Shown in pieces: positions 60,687 through 64,000 of a stretch of DNA of 64,000 nucleotides (its first letter is position 1; each line of letters begins with the position of its first letter). The translations under genes and the position numbers were made by a program. Origin of the DNA: Epithemia pelagica (Eukaryota > Protista > Bacillariophyta). The stretch spans positions 3,038,001 through 3,102,000 of the forward strand of contig OX337236.1 of assembly GCA_946965045.2 (NCBI GenBank), written 5' to 3'. Below the pieces are notes generated by a model, which saw only the letters and a list, made by a program, of their open reading frames with translations, was not told where the DNA came from and searched no databases.

Positions 60687-61031
60687 GGTCGTCCTATTAT
60701 ACGGCGTATGAGGAGATTGTGAACGTGGAAGCTTTTGAGCGAAAGTGTCTGTCGTGCGTGCGGTCAAACGCGGGGCAGCCAATCGCACATAAACTTCATG
60801 ACAGTACCACTACCCACTCTAAGCACGCACCACGCACCCACATCATGATCGTTTCGATTGTTCGGAAATCCAAATTTCGGTGTGGGTGTGGGTGTGTTCT
60901 ATTTGGTATTCTCTTTTCTCCGGGAGAGAACGACGAAGAGTCCTTTCCGATCCGACCGCTGCTGCCATCTCCGAAGCGTTACAACTCTTGGTTGAATTCG
61001 TCGTTCCACAACCGAAAGAAGGACGAGCACT

Positions 61032-62207
61032 ATGGTGTGGTTGGGACCATCGGCTTCAAGGAGTATGGTAGCAGCAGCACGGATCAGCAGGAAGAGGCAA
61101 TGGCCGGTGCTCGTTCCATCCCTTCTTCTTACAAGAACGACACGACGACCATTGTTGCTGCACACCATGGCCCTGGTTCGACACCTGCCCGATTCCTTTG
61201 AGGATGCACTGTCCCACTATTACGGCAAACAACAACAAGATGCAGAAAAAGAAGCACTGTCGGACGTGAATCTGGCTGTTGCACGAGCCCAACATGCAAC
61301 ATATGTACAAGCTTTGCAACAGGCATTTTCATCTGGTCGTCGTGGTGGAACCACCACCGCCGTCTATACATTGCCACAAGTGTCCAATTGTCCCGATTCT
61401 GTCTTTGTCGAAGACGTTGTCGTGTCCCTGCCACCGATTCCCGGCCAGTGTCGGGGCGGCCTCCTCTTTACGACACCAGGACATGACAGTCGTCAAGGGG
61501 AAGTACAGTCCGTGCAAGACTTTGTCCAACAACACCCAAAAATTTGCCAAGACGATCGGCTGGTGCACTCCATGGCCGACTTCTCGTCAACGGCGCGATG
61601 CGATGGCGGCGATGTCGTGGTGACGGATCGTCACGTCTTTGTGGGAATCAACAATGACCGGACCAATCAGGAGGCCGTGTCGGTGCTTCAAGACTTTGTG
61701 AATCACTGTTACGACAAGTCGAGTCGTCGGGTTCCCGAGGTGGTGCCCGTAAATCTGGCCACCAGTGGATCGTCTACGTCGCCCGTCTTGCATTTGAAAT
61801 CGGCCGTGACCTATCTCACCACCAATACCTTGTTGACCACGACCACTGCTACCAATCAAGAATGGAATGTCGTGGGACACGAGGGCATGAATGCCGTGGC
61901 TCGAGGCTATCGTGTCGTGCGGGTTCCCGATGCCCGTGCCTGCAATGCCGTGGCCGTCGTGGTCAAGGACGATGACCCTGCTACTACTACTACTACTACA
62001 ACCACAATTTTGGCGCAAGAGTCGCCGTGTGAGGAAACGCGCCAAATTTTGGGACGGACTGTTCACGAGGACTTGCCTCGGTGGCAAAACCAGGATGACG
62101 CCAACAAGGATTCCACCACGAATACTCACTTTGAGTTGCAATGGATCAACACGTCGGAATTGGCCAAAAAGGATGGGGCTCTCACTTGTTGCAGTGTCTT
62201 GCTCTAA
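61032..62207 (+). CDS. Amidinotransferase-superfamily enzyme, DDAH (dimethylargininase)-like
   Basis: ALVRHLPDSF, ARAQHATYV, PDSVFVED, DGGDV, LHLKS, and DGALTCCS (catalytic Cys). The N-terminus is rich in R/S/A. Confidence 0.9.
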   Translation: MVWLGPSASRSMVAAARISRKRQWPVLVPSLLLTRTTRRPLLLHTMALVRHLPDSFEDALSHYYGKQQQDAEKEALSDVNLAVARAQHATYVQALQQAFSSGRRGGTTTAVYTLPQVSNCPDSVFVEDVVVSLPPIPGQCRGGLLFTTPGHDSRQGEVQSVQDFVQQHPKICQDDRLVHSMADFSSTARCDGGDVVVTDRHVFVGINNDRTNQEAVSVLQDFVNHCYDKSSRRVPEVVPVNLATSGSSTSPVLHLKSAVTYLTTNTLLTTTTATNQEWNVVGHEGMNAVARGYRVVRVPDARACNAVAVVVKDDDPATTTTTTTTILAQESPCEETRQILGRTVHEDLPRWQNQDDANKDSTTNTHFELQWINTSELAKKDGALTCCSVLL

Positions 62208-64000
62208 CTGCACGGTACTGTACGGAAGGAATCTGAATGCTCCAGGAAAGAGAGAACCAGCAGTCTCTTGTGTGTGTTTGTGCTTTCGACAAAGGGTTGG
62301 TGCGCTCCGTGACGGTGTGGTTCTGTAGAATGATTGCCCTCTCTCATGACTCTACAACAACCACAAGAACAACAAGAACAAGGGAAAGGGTCCGTTCGTT
62401 GCAATTCGCGCCAAGAGCACACAGTGTTGGGGCAGGCACCCGGGACAACACTAGAAGAGGGGTCGTTGGTATTTTCTTGTTTGGTGTGTGTGTGCTCCAA
62501 CGCGCCAAACGAACGAGTCGAGGCGCTGGACCATGGTGGTCGAATGACAGAGAGTGGGTGGAAACGAACGAACCATCATCCCAGGCGACAAACTGCCAGA
62601 GTACAGAGAGACGACATCCAGTGTCGGCGTTTATGGATGTGGGGGACCAAGATTCGAACTTTTGGAATCGGACGGGTTTCTGAGTGCATGATAGATTAGC
62701 TACGAGTAAGAGTGACGATGAACAAAAGATTCTAACAGAAACGGTTCGCACAGACAGTGTGGCGATTATTGACAGTAGTGTTTGGAAGGCGTCTATGCGA
62801 GTTCCTTATTATTAGTACAGACATTTTTGTGTAATCCATCGACCATAATGGATACCATGATGTGTCCCCGATACCCATCAATCCTGACACAACAGAAATA
62901 GGTAATCATGGGACAAGCGCAATGTCATCTCCAAATTGTGCGCATCGACTGGCGCGTAGTCTTGGGCGCATTCCGTCCTTCTGGATCGGGACTGAGTGGG
63001 TCACGCTCGTCGGTCCCGGAAGTCTGGCACATACACTGTCTGTCTGTCTACGGATTACAAGTACATAGATGTCGATTTCCACCAACGGTCCTCCTTTGGT
63101 CGTGGGTGGTACAGTACTATCACGCCTGTGCATCACGACACGACTGAGGAGTCGCGCCTGCCGAGCCTTTCGGAGTAGGTGAGACGGGCGTGCGAGGCGA
63201 CCGATACCCAAAGAACAAAGGAAACAAGACGGTGTGTGGGAATCGGACGGACTGAAACGACTGACAGACGGACGGAGCGCGGAACAGGACGAGGATTACC
63301 TAGGAAGATTTGGTCGTGCTGCGGAGAGCGCATGCTTTGCTTCCTCCCCAAACGATCGAAGAGAGATGCGCAACAACAACAAACTACACAATAGAGAAGA
63401 CGAGCTTCATTGCATCCCACTGGTTCCTTCCGAAACGGGAAACAAACACACACATTCACACGATTGCGTTCATCATCGACTACACTAGATTGCTATTGTC
63501 CGCAAAACACGACGACGTTGGTTCCAACGCTTCCAAACGAGCGATTGTTGGTTCCTATACTTGCTTCCAGGAAGTGTGTGTGACGACGACACCAACGACA
63601 AACGCAGTGGGAACAGTGAAATAATAATTTGGTTTGGCGCACCGCAGGCTTTCCTGTTTGGCATACACATACACACACGCCCATACATTCCAACAGTCTT
63701 CTCGGAAAGACCTTCCAACCACTACAACGCCGTCCATTCCTCCTTTGGCGTGTTGTTGCAGTTTTGTTTCGTGGTTCGCTCTCTCTCAGGCACAAGTCTT
63801 CTTCTTCTTCTTCTTCTTCGAGAACCTTCTCTGTCGGTGATTGGCACAAGGTTGTTTGGAGTGGGAAAGGAAGAACGCTTGTCTGGAAAGGAATACGATT
63901 TGTTACATGACAACGTACTACTAGCAGCAGGAACATCTTTTGGTTTGGTGGTGGCGTTGTGTTTTGTTCCATGACAAGGTGCTACTAGCAGCAGTTGTGT

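Noticed and set aside
62210-64000. Possible minus-strand gene at the window end
   Set aside because: Several short overlapping ORFs, and no consistent splice model or domain could be supported.

Overview
Eukaryotic genomic DNA, by inference from a diatom or related stramenopile (CoDi-type copia, short spliceosomal introns, diatom-style gene families). It is a repeat-rich mosaic region. It holds four mobile elements: a degenerating Ty1/copia (about 2.4-8.7 kb); a 7.4-kb tyrosine-recombinase (Crypton-like) element (9555-16990); an internally deleted Ty3/gypsy nested inside that element (14767-16894); and an intact piggyBac (53596-57522). Host genes: three tandem secreted Cys-rich paralogues, a 2505-aa NB-ARC-TPR (NLR-like) gene, a Rab5ip/EMC6-family gene, KRR1, TSR2, a cytochrome P450, an unknown membrane protein, a DDAH-type amidinotransferase and six Kelch genes in shuffled segmental duplicates. 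The most striking signal appears once the gypsy insertion is removed in silico. The end of the recombinase element is then a 205-nt rod-like hairpin with five symmetric 5x5 internal loops. Each loop has a central Watson-Crick G-C pair and, on the minus strand, flanking G.A mismatches. The hairpin ends inside the element's terminal 7-bp direct repeat. The recombinase is a six-exon gene with an 84-Asn, prion-like C-terminal tail. All structures and splice models were derived by eye; no database searches or folding programs were run.
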